Origin: Felis catus
Lineage: Eukaryota
Length of the DNA: 64,000 nt
NCBI RefSeq assembly: GCF_018350175.1
Contig: NC_058385.1
Location: forward strand, 81,096,001 to 81,160,000
Reading direction: 5' to 3'
Both the position numbers and the translations under genes were made by a program. The notes below the pieces were generated by a model that did no database searches, had not been told where the DNA came from, and saw only the letters and a program-made list of their open reading frames with translations. This document shows, piece by piece, positions 9,845 to 22,126 of the stretch (within the stretch, counting starts at the first letter, position 1; each line of letters opens with the position of its first letter).

Positions 9845-12324
9845 GATGGTAGTACTTTTCACAGGCAAGTGTTTTGCGAGCACCTGGCAAGCCCCGGGAG
9901 AAATGGTTTGTGGTCAAATATTAGTGCACACTGCATGGTTACTCCAGGATCTTTGACCGTGAACAGTAAGTGACAACAGAGGGAGAGTCAGTCTTGCTGG
10001 CAGCTGGCCGTCTGGGTCCCCGCCAGCCCAGGGGTGCTCTCTGCGGTGGGTGTGCCCAGCTGCTAGGTGTGAATGGGCCTCATAAACCCATACGCACTTG
10101 GGACCACGGGGAGAAGACTCACCAGGCATGGGCAAAGGGCACGTGCGCTGGGATATGTGCCTGTCGTAAATGTGATAAATATTTGTGCCCAGGCCGTGTC
10201 CGGGGCACCAGCCTGGGAGCACAGTTGGGCTTCATGTTAATGACGCAGCAGCTGGCCCCGGGCTTCAGCCTCTCTTGTCCTCCATCTGGAATTTCATCCG
10301 AAGATCCCCTGTCTACCTCTGGTTCCAGCTTAATTATCAATCGTGTCCCTGTTTGGACGAGAAGTGACAGGGTCACCCTCGCCTTCGTGCTCTCTGGGTG
10401 GGTGTTTGGGGCTGAGTGGCAGTCGCCTTCGATTTGCCCACAGGTTTTCACCTGCTGCTCAGAATCCGGGGACCGCCGAGCAGGTCTGCAAGCTGTCTGA
10501 CAAGTGCAACGACTCTACGGGTCGACAGAAGGGCCCGGGGCCACCCCAAGAGTCCCGGGGATGCCCCCATATGTGGCAGCTTCCAGAGGAGTCTGAGTCA
10601 CCTGAGGGCCACAGCTCACTGGAATGCTGTGCACATGCACGGCCCGTGGCCTTGGGGAAGCTGGGCTCCTGGCCGCAGCTACAGGGACCTGGCTCAGTAG
10701 GGACAGAGCCCGGATATCCCCTCCTTCAGTTGTGACCAAGCCTTCCCCAGGGGGCCACATACTTCCTGCCATCACCAAACCCCCACCTCTCAGGGACATT
10801 GCTGGCTGGGACGGGTTCTGTCCTGTCTCCCCCAGCTCTGTGCCTGTTCTGCTCTGTGCGGACGCCTCGTCTCTTAGAGGACACCTTGTAACCTCTAGAG
10901 AAACCCTCTCCGATGGGCAGATCTACTTTGAGCGGTGGGCTCGGCTTGAATGGGATCTTTTGAGAACTGAGGACATAAGCCGGTGCTCTCAGATGTGTAC
11001 TTTTGATATTCACAAAGTAGGCAGATAATAAAAAGGCTATGTGCTTCATGGAGGGTTTGCGATGTGGGGACCCGAGCTTCTGGGCGCCTGGTGCGGGAAC
11101 TAGAGAAGGCGTCTGCTCTGGGCACCTCGAATCCCCTTGGTGGGGTGGCCTTGTCATTTCTCACCCAAACAGAGACACGGCTGAGATTAATCCTTCCAGG
11201 CCTCACGGCCACCTGCCGGGGAGCGTGTCTCATCTCTGGTTTGCCGGTGGGAATGTCCCGGCACGAGAAGGGGGAATGCTCGAGGCGAGTTCACAGCAGG
11301 ATTTGAACCCAGGGCAGGAGAACCTCCCATTTCACTACATGCCCCCTCCCCTCAACGGTGCACATACTAGAACGTGGTGGTTTCTCTCCTCGTGGGGCCC
11401 CTGGACCCCTGACCGTCCCCGTCTCGGCATCTGGAATCAGGGTGAGAAGCAAGCCTGGTGGCCCCCTGACCCCTCAGAAGCCTCCCTTTGTTGTTTGCGG
11501 ACTTTACGGTAAACATTTGTCTGGGCTTCAGGTTCCAAGGTGCTCCCGTGTTTCTGCTGGTAGGAGGCTGGCCGTGCGTGGGCTCAGGGAGGCGGGGTCC
11601 GCGGGGCTTCCATGGAGTCTAACTCGGCCCCGAGCACCCTCCCTGCCCTCCGCTCCTCCCCGTGACAGCAGGTGCGGCTCTCATTTACTTGTACACTGAA
11701 TACGCGCTCACTGGGCACCAGTATGTCAGCGTCATGCCAGGTGCTGGGGGGAGGGAACGAGGAGTCCAGGCTGGACGGGGAAGACTAGCTTCCCTGAGCC
11801 TCAGTGTCCCCAGCTGTGACATGGCTGATGACCTAGGCCCCTACTGCAGGGCTTGGGCCGGCGTCGCAGGGGGCCCAGGTGAGGGCGTGCTAAGGACCTG
11901 CTACCGTCACCAAGAGGGGTGAGGGAAGTTGTAGGCTCTCCAGGGCCCAGCAGCAAAGCCTAGGGTGTTCTGGGAGGATCCGGAAGTCGTCCTGAGGGGC
12001 CGGTAGAAGATAGGGCATCAGAGAGGTGGGAGTGGGGTCGGGGGGAAGGGACGGGGCTCGGGCAGGGGGCGAAGCTAAGACAATCGGCCAAGGGCCTGGC
12101 AAGTGCATGGAGGTTCCACGTGGTCGTGCGTGAATGTGGCGGCAGGGCCGAGGCGGGGAGAGAGGCGGGGTCGGGCCTGGAACGTCTGGGGGTTTGAGGG
12201 GCTGGGCCTGGCGGGGGCCACATGCCCTTCCTGCAAAGTCCACCAGGCCACCCAGCCGTTTGGCCGCAGCCAAGTGCACGGGGGCCGCGAAATGTACTCT
12301 AGCCACATGTCCAGGAGGGAGAGG

Positions 12325-12845
12325 GGTCACTGCTGTGCTGTGTGACAAAGTGCTGTGCACGGGGGCACTTGCTCTCTCAGCATTTCTTGGGGCAGGAGTC
12401 TGGGCACAGCTTCCCGGCTCCTCCCTTCGGGGCCTTCCCAGGCTGCAGGCCCTGTGTTGGCCAGACCGTGTCTCTCCTGGGGCTTGGGGTCCTCTCCCAG
12501 GCCACCTGACTGTTGGAGAGGTCACTCCCTCGAAGCTGTGGGACTCAGGGTCAGCAGGAGCGTCTCTGTTGCTTGAAGGCTCTGAGCTCAGTGAGTGTCT
12601 AAGCCCTCTTAAGGGACTCTTCTGATTAGGTCTGGCCCACCCAGGGGATAATCTCCCTTGGGCTCAACTCAAAGTCAAACTGCAAAATCCCTTCTTCACC
12701 GGCGCCAAGTCACGTGACCAAACGCGGCACGCGCCCTCAATCGTGGCCGTAAGATGTGGTGCGGACCGAAGGGTGGGGGGTGGCGGTAAAGGGCCCGTGC
12801 GTCAGGCAGGGACCCGGGAGGTTGGTCTGGCATTCTGCAAGACCC
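12325..12845 (-). mobile_element. MaLR LTR relic (MLT1D/E-like)
   Basis: caggagtctgggcacagctt, ctgtgggactcagggtc, ttaaggg..ctgattaggtctggcccacccaggggataatctccc, aactcaaagtcaa, ctgcaaaatccctt. Confidence 0.75.
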
Positions 12846-15800
12846 CCAGGGGAAGGAGAACTTGGGACACGGGACAGCCCCCCATCTTAGCAGGCCCCTC
12901 CCCTGCCTGGGAAAACGCCGGAGGCATCTGCCTGGTTTCGGGGAAGTGTCAGCGCTCACAGGGGAGGAGGGAGGGGGAGGCGGGACACCTCGGGCTAACG
13001 GAGAAGCCTCTCTGCCCGCACTGGCAGTAAAGTCACACACTGTAAAACAGCATCATGACCCCGTCTTCTGCAGCACAATCCACACTTCCCCTCAAGCGCG
13101 GCCTCTGTGGTGGCCTCGGATTTACGCGCCCCCCACCCCCACCCCAGCCCGCTGATGGGGTAAGGGCTGAGGGACCCGGGCTGAATGGGAGCACCTGATC
13201 CAGCGGGGTTCCCTCCGGGGCCAGCGCCCCCTTCCTGCCTTCCTGCTCCACCTGAGGGGCTGACAGGTGCTGGGGAGCCAGCAGCAGCCCCGTCTGTCTC
13301 CCGACGGAGCCTGGAGAAGGGAGCCGGTGACGGGCCTGCCTCCACCCCCGACACGAGGACACGAGGGGCTCCCGCATCTGCTCTCTCCCCTCCCCCTCAG
13401 AAGACGCACCGTCCATTCCGCCAGCCCCTTGGGGGGGAAAGCGTGTACTTCTCACCCGGCCGCGGGGACACTGCACGTTACCACTGCTGCCCGCTCACCT
13501 GGATTCCGCTTCCTGGCCCAGGAGGGGGACCCGTGGCCGTTGCTGCTGTGTCACAGCTGGGGGTTCATTCTTCGACGGGACCCCCTTTCCAGGGCAGAGG
13601 GAGGAAGGGGCTCCGCCAGCGGCCATCGCTGGTGCAGACCGGGGAGGGGGCGTCTGTTGGTGGTGATGCCAGGCGGGCGTGGGGGGCCGGGGGGATGGGG
13701 AACAGCTTTCAGGGCAAGAGCAGCCTCTCTGGAGAGACAAGGGCCAGACGCTCATGAAGGAGAGGCCAGTGCAGGACAGGACACGCGGCTGCTGAGTCAT
13801 GTGGCTGGGTCTAGTCCCCTGCGGGAGCTGGGGATCGGAGAGACTGCCCTTGATGGAGGAGGCTGCTGAACTTAAGGTAGTGACCTGCCCGAGGTCGTGA
13901 GCAGAGCCAGAGTCACAGCGAGGCCTCCGGGACCCCAGCACGGTGCTCGTTGCCCACGGGTAGGGCTGTCGGTCACCTCCGGGGGCAGGGCGGGGGGCTG
14001 GTGCTTGGAAACCAAAGAAATATCGCCCAGAGGAGCCCGGCCCCCGAGAGCAGTGGCTCGGGCCCGGCCCCAGACCTCAGCTGCAGGGCGTCCCTGGTGT
14101 GCGCGTCCTCTCCGAGCCTCGGCCGAGGGGGGCTGGAGTCACCGCACAGATGAACACAGAAATAAAACGACCGCTTCCAAAGTGTTTCGCAGAAAGTAAA
14201 TTTCCAACAAAACACGGGCCGTTTCTGATTTTATTGCCCTAACAGCTGGAGTTTGAGGCTGTTTCTGAATTACCCTGACGTCTCCGCCCATCCAACGGCC
14301 CACTGGTTAAAAATAATTTATTGGCAATAGAAGAATATGGTGCATGTGTGCTGGGGGGGGGGACCTGAGCCCACTCAGTCACAGCCAGGTCTTGGGTGGG
14401 GTCAGGTGGAAAATAAGGGGAGCCCGCAGAAAGCCTGGGGATGCAGCGGGGTCTGGCTGGATCCCAGGGCGGAGCCTTCCGGGGCCCCAGGGGGCGTGGC
14501 TCACACCCCCGTGGGGGCCCAGCTCTGGCCCATCAGCCCCTCCTGTCCGTCCTCCCCTGGCACCTTGGGCCGTCCTCTCAAATGCCCACCTCCTCCCTCC
14601 TCTGCCTGACTCGTACCCCTTCCCTGGTGCTCCCGGCAGGATGACAGGGTCCCTCCATGACCCCTCTTGCTCTCCCGACAAGGACCTGCCCTTCACTGCC
14701 TAGAACCCCTGCTTGACGTCCCTCGGTCCTCCAGGTCCGGCTCCTGTGGGAGAGGCTTCCCCCTGCACCGCTGGAAGATCCGGGCGCTCCTTTCCCCAAG
14801 CTCCGTGCCTCTGTGCCACCCCCCTCACGTGACACCCAGGACAGGCTGGCGTGCCAGTTTCTTCTTCTGCAGAGAGCTCCTGAGGCCAGGACGGGCTTCT
14901 CTCGATCTCTCCCCCTCTCTCCCTGCCTCCCTCTCTCTCATTGCCTGGCAGGGCCTAGAGACTCAGTAATGTTTGAGGAAGGAGGGAGGCAGAGGGGAGG
15001 GGAGGGGGGCTTTTGCGCGGCGGTGTTCTGCAGTGGTGGGCAGGCACGGAGCTGCTGGTCTTAGGGGCACGACACTTCTGCCCTGCCTCCCTCTGAAGCC
15101 CCTCGGGCAACAGAGGAGAAAATGCTGGCATTTCCCACCCGCAAAATGAGGGGGCGGCGAGGCAGTCCCCAGGCCTCCCAGCCCTGGAATCTCTTCTATT
15201 TATACCACGAGCCCTGCATCGGCAATTCAACTCAGGGGAGGCTGTGAAATAAAATTGTGTAATAGAATTTATTCTTCCCAGTCCTCTCATTAAATCTCAC
15301 CTTAGAACACGCTCTTGCCAAGTCCGGGGACTTCTCGGCGGCTCCCGGGGGCAGGCTCGCCAGGCACCCCCCCCACTCAGCAACCTCCAGCTGCCCCAGG
15401 TGGAAACCTCTCCTGCATCTTGGAATTCTCTCAGGCATTTGGGATCGCTCCGCCCAAGCAGGGGGCCGGGGACTCACTGGTTCCCGCCCCCCCCCCCTTC
15501 ATGGCGGGGAAGGGATGGGCTGGTGGTGGGCGATGGCTGGAAACTGGCTTTTCGGTCACCAGAGCAGGTTGGCCAGCTGGCGTTTCCCCAGTCAGCCCCA
15601 CACCCTCCCTCACTCCCCCATCCCCACCCCCACCATGTGCGGAAGCCGTGCCTCACCCACCACCACCCCTGCCGCCATGTGTAAGAGCTCTGGTCTCTCA
15701 GGAGCTCCCTTCCCCCTGGCCCTCCAACCTTCAACTCCTGGTCTCTTGGAGACTCAAGCCAAGCCTGCCTTGCTCTAGGAAGCCCTCCCCAATCCTTATC

Positions 15801-16594
15801 CCACCCACACTCCCAGGCTTGCCCAGGATCGGGAACACTCATGATCCTTCAGGGGCTTTGTGGGCTTTGCCTCTGGGGGTGCGCAGTAGGTGCTCAGCCC
15901 ATGTCTGTTAGGAGACCGGAAGGACCAAGTAGGCCTCCGAAGGCCGGGAGCCAGACCAGGGAGGTGGATCCAGGCCTTCGTACCGGTCCCTCATGCCAGA
16001 TGGTCCCTCAGCTGGCCCTCTCTGGCTCCACCATCCCCTCGGTTGATGGTGAGGCCCCACAAAGCAGCCCCATCACTCAACGCCTCCTCCCGCTGCCCCT
16101 CCCCAAGCCCCAGTCTCTAGGGAATCTCTCTCTGGTGGAGCCGTAGCCCTGCCAAGGCATTAACTGGTAATTTCTCCCATCAGACCCCTGTGTCAAATCA
16201 ATACAGAGTGGGGCTGTCATCAGGCTGGGGGCTGTGGTTTCTGGCCTTGGGGTCCAGGTGCCATCAGCCTCTCCTGTCGGCCCCCGGCTGTGCTCTAATA
16301 GGGTCTGAGCTCCCGGCCAAGGTGGGGGGGGGTTTGTCTCATGACAATCATTCTTCTCAACTCCACTTCCCAGACAGTTCATCTGGGCCCTTGGAGCAGT
16401 GCCAGCCTTAAATGCCGATGAAGGAGGCAGCCAGCCACCCACACAACCCGCTACTTCGTAAGTATTTTTAGAACCACTTCTCCAATATTTCTCTTGATAG
16501 AAAAGGGGGTTGGGGGGCTCAAGACGGGAACTGGGGTTTGAGGAGAACTAGGCTCTGTGTAAGCCTTTTCAGACACAGAGCCCTCCTGATGCCT

Positions 16595-16720
16595 TCCACA
16601 GGGTGTGGAGAATTCACCCCATTCTACAGATGGGGACACTGAGGTTCAGAGAGATTCTCTACCTTGCCAGTGGGGGAGTCAAGGTTGGAACCCAGGAGCT
16701 CCTGGCTCCAGAGCCCCTGC
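16595..16720 (-). mobile_element. MIR fragment
   Basis: ccccattctacagatggggacactgaggttcagagag ... ggaacccagg ... ggctccagagccc. Confidence 0.75.
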
Positions 16721-17022
16721 CCTGGGGCCCACCTGTCTCTAGAGAGTTGGAAAGCCCCAGGCTTCTGGTACTTCCTGCAGGATTAGAATAATCCAACATG
16801 TCCAATGTCCCTGTGGAAACTGTCCCTTCCTGCTCTGGGATAGGAGGCCAGCCTTTGGGGACGGAGGCAGAACCCCAGCCTTTCAGGACCCTGGACAGGG
16901 GCACGCACAGCCTCCTCCCTAGCCCCTCACTTTGGATCCTGAGGACAAAGTTTAGAAACTTCGTTTCTACCTATCTCAGACCAAGTAAATCAGAATCCCC
17001 AAAGAGGGACCAATGCTTTGGT

Positions 17023-17108
17023 CCTTTTACTTTATTTTTTAGCTTTTATTTTTATTTTACTTTATTTTACTTCTATTTTTACTTTACTTGTACTTTGTTT
17101 TATTTTTA
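17023..17108. repeat. T-rich low-complexity tract, degenerate (TTTTA/TTTTAC)n
   Basis: Directly visible. Confidence 0.85.
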
Positions 17109-18105
17109 GCTCACATAATTCTCTTCTGCACATCTCTGAGGTACAGAACTTGGTAATAATGGTAATGGGGGTAGTAATAGTTGTTCAGCACAAGGGTTGA
17201 GTACGACCACTCTGGTCCCTCCTGTCCCTACACTGCCCAGCATGTCCCAGAAGCCCTGAGAGCTCTACTCCCCACAGTAAGTGGGCCAGTGTCGCCTGCC
17301 CTTTCCTGAGAGAGAAAGGCGGGGGCTGTAAGCCACCGGGGCGTCAGTGCTGGGCAGGCAGCCGGACAGGTGGGAGGGGCCCTTATCCCTGCCCTCACTA
17401 CCCCGCTGCACCCCGGGCAGGTCACTGCACCTTCCAGACCTCGATTTCCCTGTCTGTATCCACTTGGTCAGACTCAGCGACTGGAGATGCTACCCGTTCT
17501 ACGATTAAATAGGGGGTGATTTGTAAATGAGCCCTGTAAACTGTAGAGTGCCTAGTAGGGTGGGTTAGGGAGCCCATGGGTTTGAGAAACCCAGTGCTTT
17601 ACGAGGAGCATGCCCCTGAAGGCCGAGGAGATGGCGGGGGTGGGGAGTGCAGGGCACATTCTGCCGCGGAGGGTGTTGGGGATCCGTCTGCAGTCAGGAT
17701 CTCCAGAGTGACACATTTGTCAAAATTATGACCCAATTAGGCAGCGATAACTCGCGTGCATGACTGCAATCCGTGTAATTGCTGGTAATATCACTTACCG
17801 ATGAGCAGCTGAGTGATAGTCCGGCCTCCCAGCTCCATGCACACACCCCGCTTAACACTCGGTGTTTCTGCTGGAAGCCTCCCGCTCCCCCTGTAGGCCG
17901 GGACCCAGCCCAGTCACCCCCTTTCACAGTCCACATTATCGCAGGGTCCTTTCTTCTTGGCTTTACTCGAGGAGTGTCCCCCGCCGACCTGAGGCTGAGT
18001 CTGGGTTGTGCTCCTGGGAGAGCGGGGGACGGGAGGGCTGCTGGGAGGGGGATGTCTGAAGACTCAAGGCGAGTCCCCCGGCCTCAGACAAATTGCCCTC
18101 GGAAG

Positions 18106-18322
18106 CAGGGATAAGTCTGCAGACATTCTGGAACTGACCCGATCGTGAGTATCTCTGGTCTGCGGGCCATACGGTGTCTGTCCCAGCTCCTCAGCTCCGC
18201 TCTTGTGTGGAGAAGGCCGCCATGGACACGACGTAAGAGAACCCACAAGATTGCGTTCCAATAGGAGGTATTTGCAAAAACAGGCATTTGGCTGAAGTTG
18301 GGCCCCGGCCACTTGCCAACAT
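18106..18322. mobile_element. MER58A hAT-Charlie DNA transposon
   Basis: tgcgggccatacggtgtctgtc, ctcagctc, gccatggac, gttccaata, tatttgcaaaaacaggc and ttgccaac match recalled MER58A in order. Confidence 0.8.
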
Positions 18323-19945
18323 TTGTTCTAAGGAATAAACCCCTCTTGGGGTCGGGGTCAAGAACACCTTCATCAGCCTCTCTCGTGCTGTTTCATCCAC
18401 GAGCGTGTTTCCGACTCAGAGCCTGCCGCGCCCAGGCCTCTCCTCCCAGACAAAGCGACTTGGCTGTACAAACCACATTCCCAAGGCCTCCCTACCTTTT
18501 CGAGGATTTTGAGCAACATCACCCCACTGGACAGCCAAGCAACTTTGAGGAGGTGTCAGCCGAAGTCTCTTTTCCCCTTTTCCAGATGAAGGTACGTCAG
18601 TGGGGTCTGCCCAGGGTGGAGCCCAAGCCTGCAGAGGCCCAGGTGGCGATGGGGTCTCGGCCCCTCAGCCCGTTGCCCCACTCTGGGCCTGGCGGCTTCC
18701 CTTCTAACTGGGCCCTTCCTGACCCAGACTTGCCCTCATCCCCAAAGACAGAATCAGAGAGGGACGGATCCCTCTGCTGTAGGCCAGGTAGCAGAGGGAG
18801 GAGGCCAGACTAATTAGTCTTCCTTTTAGCCTTTGGCCTGATGCCTGACACTGCCCTGGCCCCACTGAACATGTGAACACGAGGCCCCTGGTCACTGAAT
18901 TTGACTAAGGGCACAGAGGGCGGGGAGGGTGTCACTGGGACCTACCTGGGACCTACCTGCTCTGCCTTGGCTGCCCCGTGCGGGGCCCAGGCTCCTCGTG
19001 CAGTGTCCCGCCAGGGAGCAGGGCTGTGGAGATCACTGGGTCCTGGCGGGAAGTCCAGTCGGCCTGGCCTCTGCCACCGATGGCCCCGTGCTCCGGATAA
19101 GCCCCACTCGGTTTGCTCAGCGCGCAGCACACATTTGAGGTACAGCTGGCAGTCAACAAATCCGAGGGCCCCTGCCCCGTGTCCTCAGTTGTTGGCTCTG
19201 GGAGTGGGAAAAAGAGCACTCCCCCACTCCTAGGCCGTTTATGCAGCTCAGATGGCCCATGCGGTACAAAACAGCTCTGCCCGGCCCCTCCAAGGGCTGA
19301 AGGCAGTGGAGAGGCCTGGCTGGGCCTTGAGCTGGGCTTTGCAGGGTGGATAGGAGTTTCCCAGAGGGGAAGGCATCGGGCAGCGTTCAGACAAAAGTGG
19401 GGTGGGCTGGGATGACGGCCGTGGGGTGCTCGGGGTGCTTGGTTGTAGCCGGCGGCAGGGTCAACATAGAGGGGGTACCCAGGCACCTCGGCGGGACCCC
19501 GGAGGTCTTCCTTCCCATCGGTGCGGGCCGCCACTGAGAGCCCGGGCCTCCCGGGGCCTGCCGCCTCCCCGGGGCCTGCGGCCGGCCGAGCTGTCTGGCC
19601 CAGTATGAAAATGAAGATTGATCAGCCCGGAAAGGCAGCCCTGCTCCTCCGAGCCAGCCGGGAGTTGCAGAAACACAGAGCTTCATTATTATTTTAAGCG
19701 TTACTCAGCTGCTTTATTGAATTCTCCAAGTCAGGAAAAATTCTGGCGAGATAAGAAGTTGACATTTTCAGAAGCAGCAGCGAGAACTGCGCGGGTGGCG
19801 AGGACGAGGACGGAGCAGTGCCGGCCCCCGCGAGCGGCTCCGCCCACGGCCGCCGCCCACGGTCACAGAGCTGCCTGGGAGGGGGGGGTGGCCTGGGGTT
19901 TGAGCCCAGACCCGAGAGCAACTGCCCAGAGAGAAGGCCAGGCCG

Positions 19946-20843
19946 ACTCCGTCCTCCCTCCTGCCCCTCCTCCTTGTACCTCCCCTCTCTGTCCTCCCCC
20001 TCACTCCCCACCCCCTCTCTTCTCCCTCCTCCCTCTACCCTCCTCCCTCCCCCTCTTCCCTCCTCCCTGCCCCTCCCCTCCTTGTCCTCCCCCTCCCTGT
20101 CCTCCCCCCTCCCCCCTCCCTCTGCCCTCCCCCTCCTTGTCCTCCTCCTCCTTGTCCTCCCCTCCCTCCCCTTCCCCTCTCTCCTCCCTCCACCTTCCTC
20201 CCTTCTCCCTCCCCTCCCTCCTCCCTGCCCTCCCTTTCTCTGTCCTCCCCCTCCCCTCTCTCTCCCTCTTCCCTGCCCCTCCTCCTTGCACCTCCCCTCT
20301 CTGTCCTCCCCCTCACTCCCCACCCCCTCTTCTCTCTCCTCCCTCCTCTCTCCTCCCTGCCTCTCCCTTCTCCCTGCCCCTCCCCCTCCCTGTCCTCCTC
20401 CTCCTCCCTCCCTTCCCCCTTCTTGCTCCCTCCCCCCTCCTCTCTCCCTCCCTCCCCTCCCCCTCTCTCCTCCCTGTACCCTCCCTTTCCTCTCCCTCCT
20501 CTCTACCTCTCCTCTCCTTGTCCTCCCCCTCCCTATCTTCCCCCTCTTTCCTCCCTCCTCCTTACCCCTCTCCCTTCCCCCTTCCCTCCCTCCTCTCCCT
20601 TCTCCTTGCCTCTGCCCCCTTACCCCTCCCTGCCCTCCTGCTCCCCCTCCCTTCCCTTCCCCTGGCCCCTCACCTCCCTCTTCCCTCTCCTTCCTCCCTG
20701 CCCCCCCCTCCTCCCTCTCCCCTTTCTTTTCCTCTTCTCCTCCCCCTGCCTCCTCCCTGCCCCTTCCCTTCCTATCCTTCTCTTCCCTCTCCTCCCCCTC
20801 CTCCCTTCCCTTGCCCCCCCTTCCCCCTTTCCCTCCCTTCCTT
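19946..20843. repeat. About 0.9-kb C/T-rich polypyrimidine (polypurine on - strand) low-complexity tract
   Basis: Almost exclusively C and T; internal near-identical block of about 59 bp at about 19960-20018 and 20272-20330. Confidence 0.97.
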
Positions 20844-20940
20844 GATCACCTACTGTGTGCCAGGCCTGGGTAACACACTGGCGGAGATAGGATTCTCTCT
20901 TTGGGTTGCTTCAGTCCCACAGTGGACGGCAAGGCCTGTG
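20843..20940 (-). mobile_element. L2 3' fragment
   Basis: tgatcacctactgtgtgccaggcctggg is the antisense L2 3' landmark. Confidence 0.6.
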
Positions 20941-22126
20941 TCACTCAGTGCAGTGGCACAGGTGGACGTGCAGGGGGCACCAGGGAGGGGCCGTCGCCAG
21001 CCTGTAGCTGCCTTGCTTTCCTCTGACCTGGATCCAAGCCTGTGTAGAGCAGATGTTGAACACATATTTGTTAAAAGCAGGCTAAAGGAATGTGTAGATG
21101 GGAGAGAATAATAATTCTTTCCGGGGAGCTCCAAGAGCGAGCCCAGGAGGGTGGAGGGAGGCAGGGCCAGGAGGTGGAGGGTGGAGGCTGGCAGGTGCGG
21201 GCTGGAGTTCAGTCATCTCATCGGACCACAGCTGCTGCCTGGCCCAGGGTCCGGGACAGGGTAGGTCCTAAACTCCTACTTTGTATGAGGGAATGAATGA
21301 ATGAACGAACGAATGAGCGGCATGGTCCTGAGACTGCCCGGACAACAGCAGGGGCTGGGACCCCGGCCCTGGGCTGTGAGGAAAGGGGGAGCCCGGGGAA
21401 GCCAAGTTCCAGCTGGGCAGCAGAGAGGAGCACGCCTGGGTGGGCGGCGGACCCCCAGCGGCACAGGGGACAGCGGCAGAGTGATGTGGATTCCTCCTCT
21501 ACAGGGTGAAATAATGCGCACGTCTGTTTAGTGACAATGGCTGTCACTGCTGTCACGCCTTTTTCTAAGGGGAGCTAACAGATTCCCTCAGTACCTATGT
21601 ACGGAGTCTCAGCGGCGGGGCTGGGCCTTGGCAGGACGGTCCCGACAAGCTGCCCCCAGGCCTCAGGCAGGCACACTCCCTGCCCCGGCCCAGCTCCAGT
21701 CTGGGCCACCCCCGCCCCTCCCCTGGAGGGCCCCACGACTCCAGAAGGGGCTCCTGGACCCTACTGCCCCCTCCAGCCAGCTCAGCCGCAACTTCAGGTT
21801 GGGGCTTGTCCTCGAGTTCTGTCCCCCACCCCTGTCCCTAAGGCCAGTCGGCCTGCCTGGCTTCCCGGGCTCTTGAGTCCTTCTGTGGAATCTGCCTGGC
21901 TCCTCCTTCCTCCCTGGGGCCCTCTCCACCTACAGGTTTCCATCGTCCAGCCGCTGGGCCCTTCCGGGGTCCTCCTGACCTGGGGCAGTTCCATGGGTTC
22001 TTGTCCACCCCAAAAGCCCATCTTTTGGTTATTGGTTTGATGTCTGCCTCCCCCATCAGACTCACTCGGTGAGGGCAGGCCTTTGGTTGCCTTGGCCACT
22101 GGCCCAGTGGCAAATGTATTATTTCT

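Noticed and set aside
18568-18597. Apparent 6-nt micro-exon TTTTCCAG|ATGAAG|GTACGT
   Set aside because: Matches the decayed antisense MIR core (cccattttacagatgagg); no host gene is evident.
19618-21111. 497-aa Pro/Ser/Leu-rich (extensin-like) ORF and overlapping ORFs
   Set aside because: Stop-free only because it crosses the polypyrimidine tract; several frames on both strands are open and the 3' part runs into L2 relics.
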